Assembly: GCA_965223545.1 (NCBI GenBank)
Contig: OZ245006.1
Span: 2,912,001 to 2,976,000 of the forward strand
Direction: 5' to 3'
Length of the DNA: 64,000 bases
Origin: Planctomycetota bacterium
GTDB lineage: Bacteria; Planctomycetota; UBA1135; UBA2386
Shown here: positions 1 to 11,600 of the stretch, piece after piece
Layout: every line of letters starts with the position of its first letter
Position numbering within the stretch: the stretch's first letter is position 1
Notes under the pieces: generated by a model
The model's input: only the letters and a program-made list of their open reading frames with translations
What the model was told of the DNA's origin: nothing
Databases searched by the model: none
Program-made: the position numbers and the translations under genes

Positions 1-1083
1 TTGGCACGCGGGTACCACCGCGTCACCGCCATCGACACGGGCGCTTGGACCGACGTGTATCTCAGGCCGGGCGCGACCGCGGAGGTGCGTCTCGAGCTGA
101 CCGCCGGCGTCTCCATCCACGGAGTCGTGCGCGACGACAACGGTGCGTCGGTGCCGGACGCGGAGGTCGCAGTACAGTTGGACCGACACCACCGCACCGG
201 CGAAACGTGGACCGACGAAGAGGGACGGTTCGCCCTCGAAGACGTGCCGGCGGGTCGGTGCCTGCTCGTCGCGATCGGCCCCCGGGGCCACCGCGCCGAG
301 TGCTGGATCGACGCACTCCCAGGCCAAGCCGTCGAATGGCAGCCGACGCTTGGCCACGGTGTGATCTTGCGCGGGCACCTGCGCCACCCCGACGGCTCCC
401 CGTGCGACGAGGTGCAGATCCGCGCGCACAGCGAGGCGGCTCCCGAGTGGCGCCGCACGGTCGAGCCCGCCGCGGACGGCAGCTTCGCGATTCCGCAGTG
501 CCCCGGCCCCGTCCACCTCGAGCTCTGGTCGGGCGACGCCCCCGGCGACTGGCCCCTGCGTTCCACCGGGCCGCTGTCGCCCGGCGACAACCCACACCTC
601 ATCGAGATCGACGACCGCGACTGGAGCGCGGAGGTCGCGGGACGCATCACGCCCGCCAGCGCGCTCGGCCGCCGCCAGCTGCGCCTCGAGCACGCGCTCG
701 GCCAGCGGTCCGAACACCTGCAGGTCGACCCGGAAACCGGCGAGTTCGCGGCCGCCGGCTTTCCACCCGGCAGCTACCGCCTGGTCGTGACCGGTGAACC
801 CTGGCAGTGGGCGCCGCTGGCCGAAGTCCGGCTGCGCAACGAAGAGCCCGCCGACGCCGGCACCCTCGTCCTGCCGCAGGACGGCACGCTGGTGCTCGAC
901 GGCGCGGAAACGGCGCGCGCGTGGAGCCTGCATCGAGCCGAACCCGACCGCCTCCTGCTCCGCGGCGAGGGCTCGATCCGCTTGACCGTGCCGCCTGGAC
1001 GCTATCGGGTGGTCGCGGGTTCCGGCACGGCCGAGATCGAGGTCGGGGCGCGGGGCGCGCATCGACTCGCGGTGCCGCGCTGA
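1..1083 (+). CDS. Carboxypeptidase regulatory-like (beta-sandwich) repeat protein, 5'-truncated by the window edge
   Basis: Open frame from base 1. Repeated motifs such as 'IHGVVRDDNGASVPDAEV...TDEEGRFALEDVPAG', 'LRGHLRHPDGSP...ADGSFAI' and 'GEFAAAGFPPGSYRL'. Confidence 0.75.
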   Translation: MARGYHRVTAIDTGAWTDVYLRPGATAEVRLELTAGVSIHGVVRDDNGASVPDAEVAVQLDRHHRTGETWTDEEGRFALEDVPAGRCLLVAIGPRGHRAECWIDALPGQAVEWQPTLGHGVILRGHLRHPDGSPCDEVQIRAHSEAAPEWRRTVEPAADGSFAIPQCPGPVHLELWSGDAPGDWPLRSTGPLSPGDNPHLIEIDDRDWSAEVAGRITPASALGRRQLRLEHALGQRSEHLQVDPETGEFAAAGFPPGSYRLVVTGEPWQWAPLAEVRLRNEEPADAGTLVLPQDGTLVLDGAETARAWSLHRAEPDRLLLRGEGSIRLTVPPGRYRVVAGSGTAEIEVGARGAHRLAVPR

Positions 1084-1144
1084 GGGCCCACGCGTTCCGC
1101 CACTCAGAGCGCAACAGGCCGCGGGTCCGGCTATCCTGAACGCA

Positions 1145-4100
1145 ATGCGCCGCCACCATGCCCCCACGGTCCGCAGCGCGGCCGTCGCCCTGCTCGCCGC
1201 AGTCCCCATTTCCGCGCAGCCCGGCCCCGGCCTCGGCAACCTGACCTACGCGGGCAACGAGCTGTTCCAGCCCGCGGCGGTCATTCGCAGCCAGAACGGG
1301 CACGGCACCGCACTGATGGTCAGCGGCTATCTGATGCTGGTGGACGCGGGCGACAACTCGCCCAATCCGATCGCGATCGAGTTCTGGGATCTGTCGAATC
1401 CGCGCGCGCCGCGGTTGGCGCACCGGCACGCCGACGGCAACACGGCTCGGCTGGGTGAGTCGCACAGCTTCGCCGTGAGCGGCGGCTACGGTGGCATGCA
1501 CGTCGCGTTCCAGTCGCGCCGCGGCGTGCAGATCTGGGAAGTGAGCAACCCGGCGGCACCGGTGTTCGAGAGCGAGCTGCAGCTGCCCAACATCCAGGGC
1601 GTGTACGGTTCGATCTGGTGGGTGTTCTGGCAGGCGCCATACCTCTACGTCGCGGGCAGCAGCGCGGGGCTGTACGTGGCCAAGGTCGACGACGTGCGCA
1701 ACCCGGTCTACGTGAAGACCATCCCGCCGAGCCAGCTCGCCGGCATCGCGCCGAGCCAGGTGTTTGCCTGCGGCAACTTGATGATCCTGCGCCAGAGCAA
1801 GGAGTTCGGCTTCGTCACGCTGAACGCCGAAGACCCGCTCAACCCCGTCTTCGCGCAGACCATCCGCGGCGAGCGCGGCTACAGCAGCATCTTCGCGGCG
1901 GGCAAGTTCATCACCTCGGGCGGCGACGGCGGCCCCGTGCAGATGCTGGTGCACGACGTCACGCACGGCGGCGCGATGTCGTTGGTCGGCAGCGCGGGCT
2001 CCGGCTTCAGCAACGGCGCCTACGGCTCCTACCAGGACGGGTTCTTCCACACCGGCATGTCCAATGTGTACGCGAAGATCGACGTCGCCGGCCTGTCCGT
2101 CGCCGGCACGGCGACCACGGGGATCGCCAACCGCGACGAGGACTTCTGTCAGGTGCTCGGCAACCTCGCCTTCGTCGGCGATGACCACGGGGTCGGCTCG
2201 GGACTGTACGTGCACGACACCGACCCGGACCGGCGCGGCCCCGACGTGCACTGGGTGCACCCCGCGGACGGCGCGACCGGCGTCGGTCTCTCCAGTCGCA
2301 TCGGCATATCGATGTCGGACAACGTCGACTTCGCCAGCCTCGACGGGTCCACGTTCGCGGTCCGACCGCTGGGCTCGAGCACTTCGATCTCCGGCGTACA
2401 CAGCGGGCAGATGGGGCTGTGCAACTTCACACCCGACCAGCCGCTGATGCCGGCGACGACCTACGAGGTGTCGGTCACCGGCGTGCGGGATGTCGCCGGC
2501 AATGCGGGAGGCTCCTTCCGCAGCACGTTCACGACGCGCCCCGCGGCGACCGGTGGTGCACCGGTGACCAACTTGGCGGCGGCCAGTGGCAAGGCCTACC
2601 AGAACGGCACCCTCGCCCAGGGGGCGCCGATGTACATCGACCGCACCTACAGCTACTCGGCGATGCCGCCGCGCTTCGACGGCCAGCCCTACGTGCTCAC
2701 TGCCAACGACGACAAGTTCGGCACGGGGCCGGCCTACGTGACGTTCGACCTTTCCGCCGCCTCGCAGGTCAACGTGTTGTACGACGAGCGGGCCACGCAG
2801 CTACCGGAGTGGCTCTCCGCCTTCACGCCGACGGGCGAGAACACCAGCGGCTTCGACGTCCATGCACGCACATACCCAGCGGGCACGGTCATTCTCGGCG
2901 GCAATGCCAACCCGCCGATGGCGGGCGCGCAGAGCATGTACACGGTCGTGGTCGTGCCGCTCAACACGCCGCCGCGCTGCGATCCGCCGACGTTGAACGC
3001 CACCGAGACCGGCGTGTCGGCAACCCTCACTGCCAACGTCGTCGGTGGAACACCACCGTTCTCCTACAGCTGGGACTTCGGCGACGGCAGTCCGCCGACG
3101 GCCCCGTCGAGCAACCCGGTCGCGACCCACACCTATGCCGACGCCGGTCGTTATCCGGTGGTCGTGCAAGTCACCAACGCGCTCGGCACGACCTCCTGCT
3201 CCGCGCTGCAGATCATCCATGATCCGGTCACCCCCACGCCCCCGGCCGCATCGACGACGATGCTCTACCACTCGGGGCGCGTCTACTGCGTCAACGCCGA
3301 TCAGGACACGGTGACCGCGTTCGGTGCGCCCACCATGCGCAAGCTGTGGGAGCTGCCGACCGGAGACCACCCGCGCACTCTGGCGCTCGCGGCCGATGAC
3401 GAGCTTTGGGTCGTCAACCAAGACGACGCGTCGATCTCGGTCTACGAGACCCGGTTCGGCACGCGCACGCGCGACATCGCCCTGCCGCGGGGCTCCCAAC
3501 CGTATGGCATCGCCTTCGCCCCCGACGGTTCGGCGGCGTTCGTCTCGCTGCAGGGCGTGGGCGGCGTGGTCAAGGTGGACCGCGACGGCCAGATCCTCGG
3601 CCGGAAGTGGCTCGACGGCCGCGCGCGGGGGGTCGCGGTCACCGCAGACGGCCAGCGCGTGCTGGTGACACGCTTCATCTCGACCGCACCTGCAACCACC
3701 GGGATGCTCTGGGAGCTGGACGCCGCCACGATGGCGACCCTGCGCGTCTTCCCGCTGCGCTTCGACCCCGGACCGGACACCGAGAGCAGTGGGCGGGGCG
3801 TGCCCAACTACCTGACCTCGGTCCGCATCAGCCCATCCGGCAACGCGGCACTGGTCCCGTCGAAGAAGGACAACACCGCGCGCGGCCTGTTTCGCAGCGG
3901 CGAGCCGCTGACCTTCGAGAGCCGCGTGCGCACGATCGTCTCGCGCCTCGATCTCGCGGCGGGCGTCGAGGACACCGCCGCCCGGATCGACCTCAACGAT
4001 CGGGACATGGCGCAAGCCGCGATCTACAGCCCGCTCGGCGACCTCTACTTCGTCGCCGCGCAGGGCTCCAACGTCGTCGACGTCTTCGACACGGCGAGCA

Positions 4101-5044
4101 ACGCACTGGTCGCCACCTTGCCGGTGGACCTGGCACCGCAGGGGCTCGCCATCGACAGCGACCGCGAGCGCCTGTTGGTGCACAATTTCATGTCTCGCTC
4201 GGTCACCGTGTTCGACATCGCCGCGATGCTGGCCGGCACGACCTACGTCGCGCCACGCCTCTACGAGGTCGGCACGACCGCGCGCGAAGCGCTCCCCGCA
4301 GAGGTGCTGGTCGGCAAGCAGATCTTCTACAACGCCGACGACCGGCGGATGAACCTGGACGGCTACCTCAGCTGCGCATCGTGCCACCTCGACGGCGGCG
4401 GCGACGGCCAGGTATGGGACTTCACGCAGAGCGGGGAGGGCCTGCGCAACACGATCCCGCTGCGCGGCCGCGGCGGGCTCAACCACGGCAACGTGCACTG
4501 GACAGCGAACTTCGATGAGATCCAGGACTTCGAGCACGACATCCGCGACGGCTTCGGCGGGCGAGGGTTTCTGACCGCGGCGCAGCTGGCGGCAGCATCG
4601 ACACCGCTTGGGCCGCCCAAGGCCGGCATGTCCGCCGAGCTCGACGCGCTCGCCGCGTACGTCGGCTCACTCGATGCGTTCGACGAGAACCCGTTCGCAC
4701 AGGCCAGCAGCCCGACGGCCCGTGTGCGCGGCACCTCGGGCAAGGCCATCTTCGATCGAATGCAATGCGCGCGATGCCACGTGCCACCGACCTACACCGA
4801 CGGCCTGCGCCACGATGTCGGCACGATCCAACCGTCCTCCGGTCTGGGCCTCGGCGCCCCGCTGCCCGGCCTCGGTTTCGAGACCCCGACCCTGCTCGGC
4901 CTCTGGAACTCCGCGCCCTATCTTCACAACGGCCAAGCCGCCAACCTTAGCGAAGTGCTCGACAACGCAATGCACGGCAACACCGACACGCTCACGCCTG
5001 ACGAACGCAAGCGGCTGGCGCGCTATCTCCTGCAGCTGCGATGA
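1145..5044 (+). CDS. Secreted multidomain di-heme cytochrome c (CcP/MauG-like) protein: LVIVD-like propeller, Ig-like, extra domain, PKD, YVTN/YncE propeller, di-heme domain
   Basis: 1299 aa with a signal peptide ending 'PISA-Q'. PKD motif 'YSWDFGDG...THTYADAGRY'. Two CxxCH motifs (CASCH, CARCH) and the CcP-family motif 'TPTLLGLWNSAPYLHNG'. Confidence 0.85.
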   Translation: MRRHHAPTVRSAAVALLAAVPISAQPGPGLGNLTYAGNELFQPAAVIRSQNGHGTALMVSGYLMLVDAGDNSPNPIAIEFWDLSNPRAPRLAHRHADGNTARLGESHSFAVSGGYGGMHVAFQSRRGVQIWEVSNPAAPVFESELQLPNIQGVYGSIWWVFWQAPYLYVAGSSAGLYVAKVDDVRNPVYVKTIPPSQLAGIAPSQVFACGNLMILRQSKEFGFVTLNAEDPLNPVFAQTIRGERGYSSIFAAGKFITSGGDGGPVQMLVHDVTHGGAMSLVGSAGSGFSNGAYGSYQDGFFHTGMSNVYAKIDVAGLSVAGTATTGIANRDEDFCQVLGNLAFVGDDHGVGSGLYVHDTDPDRRGPDVHWVHPADGATGVGLSSRIGISMSDNVDFASLDGSTFAVRPLGSSTSISGVHSGQMGLCNFTPDQPLMPATTYEVSVTGVRDVAGNAGGSFRSTFTTRPAATGGAPVTNLAAASGKAYQNGTLAQGAPMYIDRTYSYSAMPPRFDGQPYVLTANDDKFGTGPAYVTFDLSAASQVNVLYDERATQLPEWLSAFTPTGENTSGFDVHARTYPAGTVILGGNANPPMAGAQSMYTVVVVPLNTPPRCDPPTLNATETGVSATLTANVVGGTPPFSYSWDFGDGSPPTAPSSNPVATHTYADAGRYPVVVQVTNALGTTSCSALQIIHDPVTPTPPAASTTMLYHSGRVYCVNADQDTVTAFGAPTMRKLWELPTGDHPRTLALAADDELWVVNQDDASISVYETRFGTRTRDIALPRGSQPYGIAFAPDGSAAFVSLQGVGGVVKVDRDGQILGRKWLDGRARGVAVTADGQRVLVTRFISTAPATTGMLWELDAATMATLRVFPLRFDPGPDTESSGRGVPNYLTSVRISPSGNAALVPSKKDNTARGLFRSGEPLTFESRVRTIVSRLDLAAGVEDTAARIDLNDRDMAQAAIYSPLGDLYFVAAQGSNVVDVFDTASNALVATLPVDLAPQGLAIDSDRERLLVHNFMSRSVTVFDIAAMLAGTTYVAPRLYEVGTTAREALPAEVLVGKQIFYNADDRRMNLDGYLSCASCHLDGGGDGQVWDFTQSGEGLRNTIPLRGRGGLNHGNVHWTANFDEIQDFEHDIRDGFGGRGFLTAAQLAAASTPLGPPKAGMSAELDALAAYVGSLDAFDENPFAQASSPTARVRGTSGKAIFDRMQCARCHVPPTYTDGLRHDVGTIQPSSGLGLGAPLPGLGFETPTLLGLWNSAPYLHNGQAANLSEVLDNAMHGNTDTLTPDERKRLARYLLQLR

Positions 5045-5448
5045 TCGCAACCGTATCGGTCCGCCCGCCAGGACCAGGGCTGCACGAAGTCACCGCGAAG
5101 GTGCGCGAGACCGTGCGGCACAGCGGCATCGACGAGGGACTGTGCACCGTGTTCGTCCAGCACACGTCGGCGAGCTTGGTGATCCAGGAGAACGCCGACC
5201 CTTCGGCACGCCGCGACCTCGAAGCGTGGCTGGCGCGGTTGGTGCCGGAGAACGATCCGCTCTACACGCATACTCACGAGGGGCCGGACGATATGCCGAG
5301 CCACATCCGGTCGGCGCTGACTGCGACCTCGCTGGGCATCCCGGTGGTCGACGGCGACCTCGCGTTGGGCACGTGGCAAGGGCTCTTCCTCTGGGAGCAC
5401 CGCCACCACCCCGGCAACCGCCGGCTGCTGATCCACGTCGGCGTCTGA
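5041..5448 (+). CDS. yjbQ: YjbQ/UPF0047 family protein (secondary thiamine-phosphate synthase-like)
   Basis: Motifs 'HTSASLVIQENADP', 'HEGPDDMPSHIRSAL' and 'LGTWQGLFLWEHR'. ATGA overlap with the upstream stop codon. Confidence 0.93.
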   Translation: MIATVSVRPPGPGLHEVTAKVRETVRHSGIDEGLCTVFVQHTSASLVIQENADPSARRDLEAWLARLVPENDPLYTHTHEGPDDMPSHIRSALTATSLGIPVVDGDLALGTWQGLFLWEHRHHPGNRRLLIHVGV

Positions 5449-5633
5449 CCCAGCGCGGGCCCGCGCGCCGCCGCATCGCCCCACGGTCACCGCACGATTG
5501 GGCAGCCTTCACCGTCCGCTGCCACGGCACCAATCGCGATCGTGTCCACTCCGACCTCGGTGTTTCCCGATGACCGCAAAGAGCGTCCGCATCGACTGCT
5601 GCGGATCTCGACAACGCATCCGAGGAACCACCA

Positions 5634-8600
5634 GTGGCCAAGCACGACTCGCCCGAACCCGGTCCGGAACCGCAGCGCCGCGGCAAATCCCGGCCAGCCC
5701 GCAAGGACAAGCAGCGCCGACGCGAACCGGCAAAGAGGCAACGGCTGCGCGGCGAGAGCATCGAGTCTCGCATTCTGCTCTCGGGCACTTGGATCGATCC
5801 GAGCACCGGAAACCCGCTGGCCGACGCCACGACCGGCGACGATCTGTACGAGGGCTCCCTCGCCGACGACGCCCCCAACTCGGCCGCGGGAGGCAATGAC
5901 ACACTTTGGGGGGCGGCGGGCGACGACACCCTCAACGGCGGGTCCGGCGACGACCTCGTGCTCGGTGGGTCGGGCAACGACACCCTAGACGGCGGATCCG
6001 GCAACGACACGATCCACGGCGGTAGCGGCGACGATGTGATCTACGGCGGCGGCGACGCCGATGTGCTGATCGGCGGTGGCGGCAACGACCAGCTGTTCGC
6101 CGAGTCCGGCAACGACGTGCTGCGCTTCACCGGCGCGCAAGACGGCGACCTCTACACGGTCGACGGCGGCGGCGACATCGACACGATCGACATCACCGAG
6201 TTCGGCAGCGGTGCCCTCCTCTCCGACGACGGGTCGACCATGGTCGTCGACCTCGGCGGTGGTGCTTCCTTCACCGTCAACTACACGAACGTCGAATCAA
6301 TCGTCACGGCCGACACCGGCGGCAACCACGCTCCGGATGCCAACGCCGGGGCTGACATCGTCGTGGACTCCGGCGTCGGCCAGTTCCTGACCGCCGCCCC
6401 GAGTTCAGACTTCGACGGCGACACGCTCACGTATCAGTGGACCCAAGTGCAGGGGCCGCATGTGACCCTGACAGGGTCTACGACGGCGACCCCGTCCTTC
6501 ACCGCCCCCACTGTGACCGAGCCAACCGAGATGGTGTTCGCGCTCGAGGTCTCCGACGGCACGACGACGCACATAGATACTGTCCGCGTGATGGTCACTC
6601 CGACGAACAGTGTCGGAGGCACCAGCGGCGCGGATTCACTGACGGGCACGGGAAACACCGCCGAGTACTTCTTCGGCTTCGACGGCGACGACACGATCAC
6701 CGCGCGCGGCGGCGACGACTACATCGAGGGTGGCGCGGGAGCGGACACCATCGACGGCGGCGCCGGAACCGACACCGTCAGCTACGCCGACGCGGAGGTC
6801 GGCATGACGATCGACCTCGTCGCGGGTACGGCGAGCGACGGCGACACGTTGTCGAACGTCGAGAACGTCGTGGGCACGGCCTACGACGACACCATCGTCG
6901 CCGACGGGAACCCAAACGTGATCGACGGCGGCGAAGGCCGCGACACGGTCTCGTTCGCCGGTGGCACGGCCATCGTCGCCGACCTCACGACCGGCAGCGT
7001 CGGCGACGACACGCTGATCGACGTCGAGGGAATCGTCGGCACCAGTGGCGCGGACACCTTCAGTCTGTCTTCACCGGTCGCCGGCGAAACCTACACGATC
7101 GATGGTGGCGCCGGCGGGTTCGACCAGATCGTACTCAGCGGCTACGCCTCGACGGCGGCGACGTTTGGCGATGGCTATGTCGACATCGATCTCGGCGGAG
7201 GGCAGTCGTTCCGCGTCGAGTACGCCAACATCGACTCGATTGCGTTCAGCGACGTCAACGCGGATGTCGTGACGAGTTCGATCAGCGTCAGCGGTCTCAA
7301 CGGCGAGCGTCTCTTCCTGAGCGGAGGCGACGCGGTACGGGTCAGCTACAGCGGTGCCGGTTCGATCGATGTCGACTACGACGGCACCACGGACACGCTT
7401 GCGGTCACGGGCTCGCCGGGAACTCTCAGCGGCAGTGCGCTGTCGATCACGGATCTCGACTCCGGTGACTTGACGATCTCTTCGATCCAAATCGACAGCG
7501 TGCTGTCTTCGCTGACGACCAACGTCGACGTCGGCACCATCAACTTTGCGGCCGCGGCGGAACTCACGAACGCGACCATCGCGGGCGGGGCCGGCACGGT
7601 CGATACGGTGTCGTTCTCAGGCCACCTGAGCAGCCCGACGACCGTCAACGGCAACGTCACGACGATGATCGTGGCGGGGACCATCTCCGGGAACGCACCG
7701 CTGACGATCAATGGCAACCTGGATGCGCTCAACGTCGTCTCGTCGGTCTACGGCGACGTGCACGTCACTGGCAACCTCGGTTCGCTATCGACCGCGAGCA
7801 TCGGCAACAGTCCGGCAACGGAGATCATCGTCGACGGTGACCTGGGCAGCCTGACAACCACGAGCACCTCGACCAACTACGGCTCGATCACGGTCGCCGG
7901 CTCCGCCGGGACACTGGACTTCGCCGGCGACCTCATCACCGACGTGAGTGTCGGCGGTAACCTGACCAGCCTCAGCGGCGTCAAGCACACTCACAACGGA
8001 AACTTGGTGGTCGGCGGCAGCGCGGGGTCGATCACTTTCACCGGCGGCGCGTTCGGACACTACTTGATCGAGGGAGACCTCGATGCGTTCTCCGCCGGCG
8101 AGCTGGTGGCCGTCGTCGTAGCCAATGGCGTCACGGGATCCCTGACGGTGACGAACGGGGCGTTCTCGGACACGTCGAACTACGCCACCGCGACGCGCAT
8201 CGAGTTCGACGGAGTGAACGACACCATCACTGCCTGGGCACCTCAGGCGGGCACGGCCGCGGGGGACAACCTGACGGGAACCGCCGGTGACGAGTTCCTC
8301 GACGGACAAGACGGCGACGACACGCTAGACGGCGGCGCGGGCGACGACGTCCTGCGCGGCGGTTCCGGCAACGACACGTTGATCGGCGGCGCAGGACACG
8401 ACGTCGCTGACTACAGCGACGCAAGCGGCGCGGTCACGGTGGATGTCACCGCGGGAACCGCGACCGGAGCGGCCGGCACCGACACTCTGTCCGGCATCGA
8501 GGGTGCAATTGGTGGCTCCGGAGTCGACAGGTTCGAGTTCTCCAACCCGGTCGACGGAATGACCTACACGGTCGACGGCAAGGATGCGGGATTGAGCACG

Positions 8601-11600
8601 AACTACATCGACTTGGGCGCATACGCCAGCACCGACGTCACCTTCGGCGATCGCTCGCTGACGGTCGACATGGGCGGCGGCCAGTCGTTCACGATCGAGT
8701 ATCGAAACATCGGAACCATCCAGTTCTCCGACATCGACGCCTCGGTCTTTCGGGATGACGGGGGTGGCTACGGCAACTCCGCCTACTCCGGCAAGTCCAT
8801 GTACATCACCGACCAGGGCGCGTTCACCGTGGAACTGTCCGGCGGCGGAACCATGTACCTGGCCATCGACGCGGACACGCAGCAGGTGCAGATTCACAGC
8901 ACCAGCGGTACCTCCAGCGCGACTTCCATCGAGATCGTCGAGCTACAGGACTCGGGGTTCACGGCGACAAACCTCACCGTCTCCACCGAGATCGAATCAC
9001 TCGCCACCGATCTCGACATCGGGACACTGACGGTCGGCGTCTCCGGCAGCCTACAGACCCTGACCCTCTCCGGCGGCACGGGCACAGCGGGGACGATCAA
9101 CTACGTCGGCGCGATGGCCTCGACGTTATTCGTCGAGGGCAGTGTCGGGCTCATCAGCGCCAACAGTGGGTCCGGGACAATCACGGTCACCGGCGACCTC
9201 GACGCGTTCTCCTCCGTCTCCGCGTTCACCGGCACGGTCGAGGCGTACCGCGCGGTGGGCGCGTACTCCGTGACCTCCGGTGCCTTCAGCGACAGCACGA
9301 CCTACGCGGAACCGACGAACTCGTTGTTCGACGGCAACACCAACACGCTGGGCCTCGGACTGCACCAGTTCGGCACCTCGGGTGACGACGAGATGCTCGG
9401 GACCGGCGGCGACGACACCTTCCACCCCGGTGGTGGCGACGATTTCATGGATGGAGACGACGGCTCCGATGTCGTCGACTACAGCGATGTGACCGGTCCC
9501 GTGACCGTCGACCTGGGCGACCAGCTCGCGCAGAACACGGGATCTGCCGGCACCGACACGCTGTGGAGCGTCGAGGGCGTGATCGGCACCGAGGAAAGCG
9601 ACACGTTCCGCATCAGCGACCCCGAACCGGGCACGACCTACACCGTAGACGGCAACGAAGGGGCACTCGACATCCTCGACCTCAGCTGGGTCGTCGCCAC
9701 CAATGTGACCTTCGGCAACGGCACTCTGCAGGTCGACCTCGGTGGCGGGCGCTCGTTCTCGGTCAACTACAGCAACATCGACCGCATCGATTTCGCCGAC
9801 GTATCCGCGACGGTCGTCGGCACGGCGAGCGGGTTCTCGGGTACGACCCTCGGCGACAACATCTGGATCCACGAGGACAGCGCGTTCCGCATTGCGATCG
9901 GCGGGGGTGGTTCCACGACGTTCTCCTACGACGTCGGGACCGACGTCCTCGACTTGACCGCGACGTCCGGCACGAGCGCCGCAAGCACGATTTCGGTCGA
10001 ACACCTCACCGGCGTGGGCAGCACGGGCGATGTGACCCTGCAGTCAACCGTCGGCACGCTCACCATCGATGGAAGCCTCTCGTCCCTCACCTTGGACGGT
10101 GGCGCTCAGCTCGAGCAGCTCGATCTCGGCGGCTCCGGAACGGTCACCGACATCACCTACGGCGCGGGCTCCGACCTCGCGACGAACCTCGAGGTTCGCG
10201 GCACGGTCGGAACCCTCACCCTGAACGGAACCGGCACACAGACCGCCGAGATTCACGTCACCCGCGACCTCGAGTCGTTCACGTCGGTACAGGACTACTT
10301 GGGCGTTCTGCGCGCTGACGCGGTGATCGGCAACATCGAGATCACGGACGGAGGCTTCTACACCATCCAGAACATCGCCAGCACCTCGGCGATCTCGTTC
10401 GACGGTCCGACCAACGGCTTCGTCACCGGTGTCAACACGACCGGCACGGCCGCCGGAGAGATCCTCACGGGTACCGAGGCCGCAGACACGATCGACGGCG
10501 CGGACGGCAACGATACGATCTCGGGTCTCGGCGGCGATGATGTCCTGGTCGGCGGCATCGGCGACGACACCATCGATGGTGGCGACGGCCACGACACCGT
10601 CAGCTACGCCGACGCGGCCTCGAAGGTCCGCGTGGACGTGACGCAGGTCGGCCCACAGGACACGCTCGGGGCGGGCACCGACACGCTGACCAACGTCGAG
10701 GGCGTGATCGGCACCAGCCACGCCGTCGACGAGTTTCACTTCAGCAATCCGGTCGCCGGCACGACCTACACCGTCGACGGCGGCACCGGCGCATTCGACT
10801 CGCTGTTCCTCGACGGCTTTCAGTCGTCCGCCGCGACCTTCGCCGACGGAGTCGTGACGATCGACATGGGAGGGGGCCAGAGCTTCAGCATCGAGTACAC
10901 CGGCATCGAACGGATCTACTTCGCCGACATCAGCGCCAATGTCATCACCGGACCGTACGGGTTCGGCTCCTTCTCCGGCGATCGACTGTTCATTTCCGGA
11001 GAAACGATCTTTCAAGTGACGACAGCAGGGCCCGGAAGCATCGACTTCGACTTCTACCCCGCGTCGAACTCCTGGGTGCTCGGTGCCACTACTGGTACCG
11101 ACGCAACCACGTCCGTCGACTTCACGACGATCATCGGCGCTCCCGTCTTCACGACATCGGTAACGTTGGACAGCGATCTCGCCACGCTCACGTCTTCGAC
11201 CGACATCGGTACGCTCACACTCAACGGCTCCGCGCAACTCACGACTCTCGATCTCGGTACAGGCTCGGTCGACGCGGTCTCCTACGCGAGCAACATCACG
11301 ACCGACCTCAACGTCACCGGCAACGTCGGCACTCTGGCAGCCGCCGGTGGCACGGCGGCGGTGGCGATCAGCGGAGACCTCGATGCGATATCGTTCTCCA
11401 GCGACTTCCAGGGCACCATCAGTGCGACAGTCATCGGTTCTCTCGACGTCACGGACGGCGCAGCGTCGACCAGCGACACCTACAGGACACCGCGGGCCGT
11501 CACCTACGACGGGGCCACCAATACGCTCGCCAACACGCCGATCGAAGGCACTGCCGGCAACGACACTCTGGTCGGCACTCCGTACGACGACACGATCTAC

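Noticed and set aside
5453..5466. Perfect palindrome gcgcgggcccgcgc after yjbQ
   Set aside because: All-GC with no loop or U-tract, so too weak to call a terminator.
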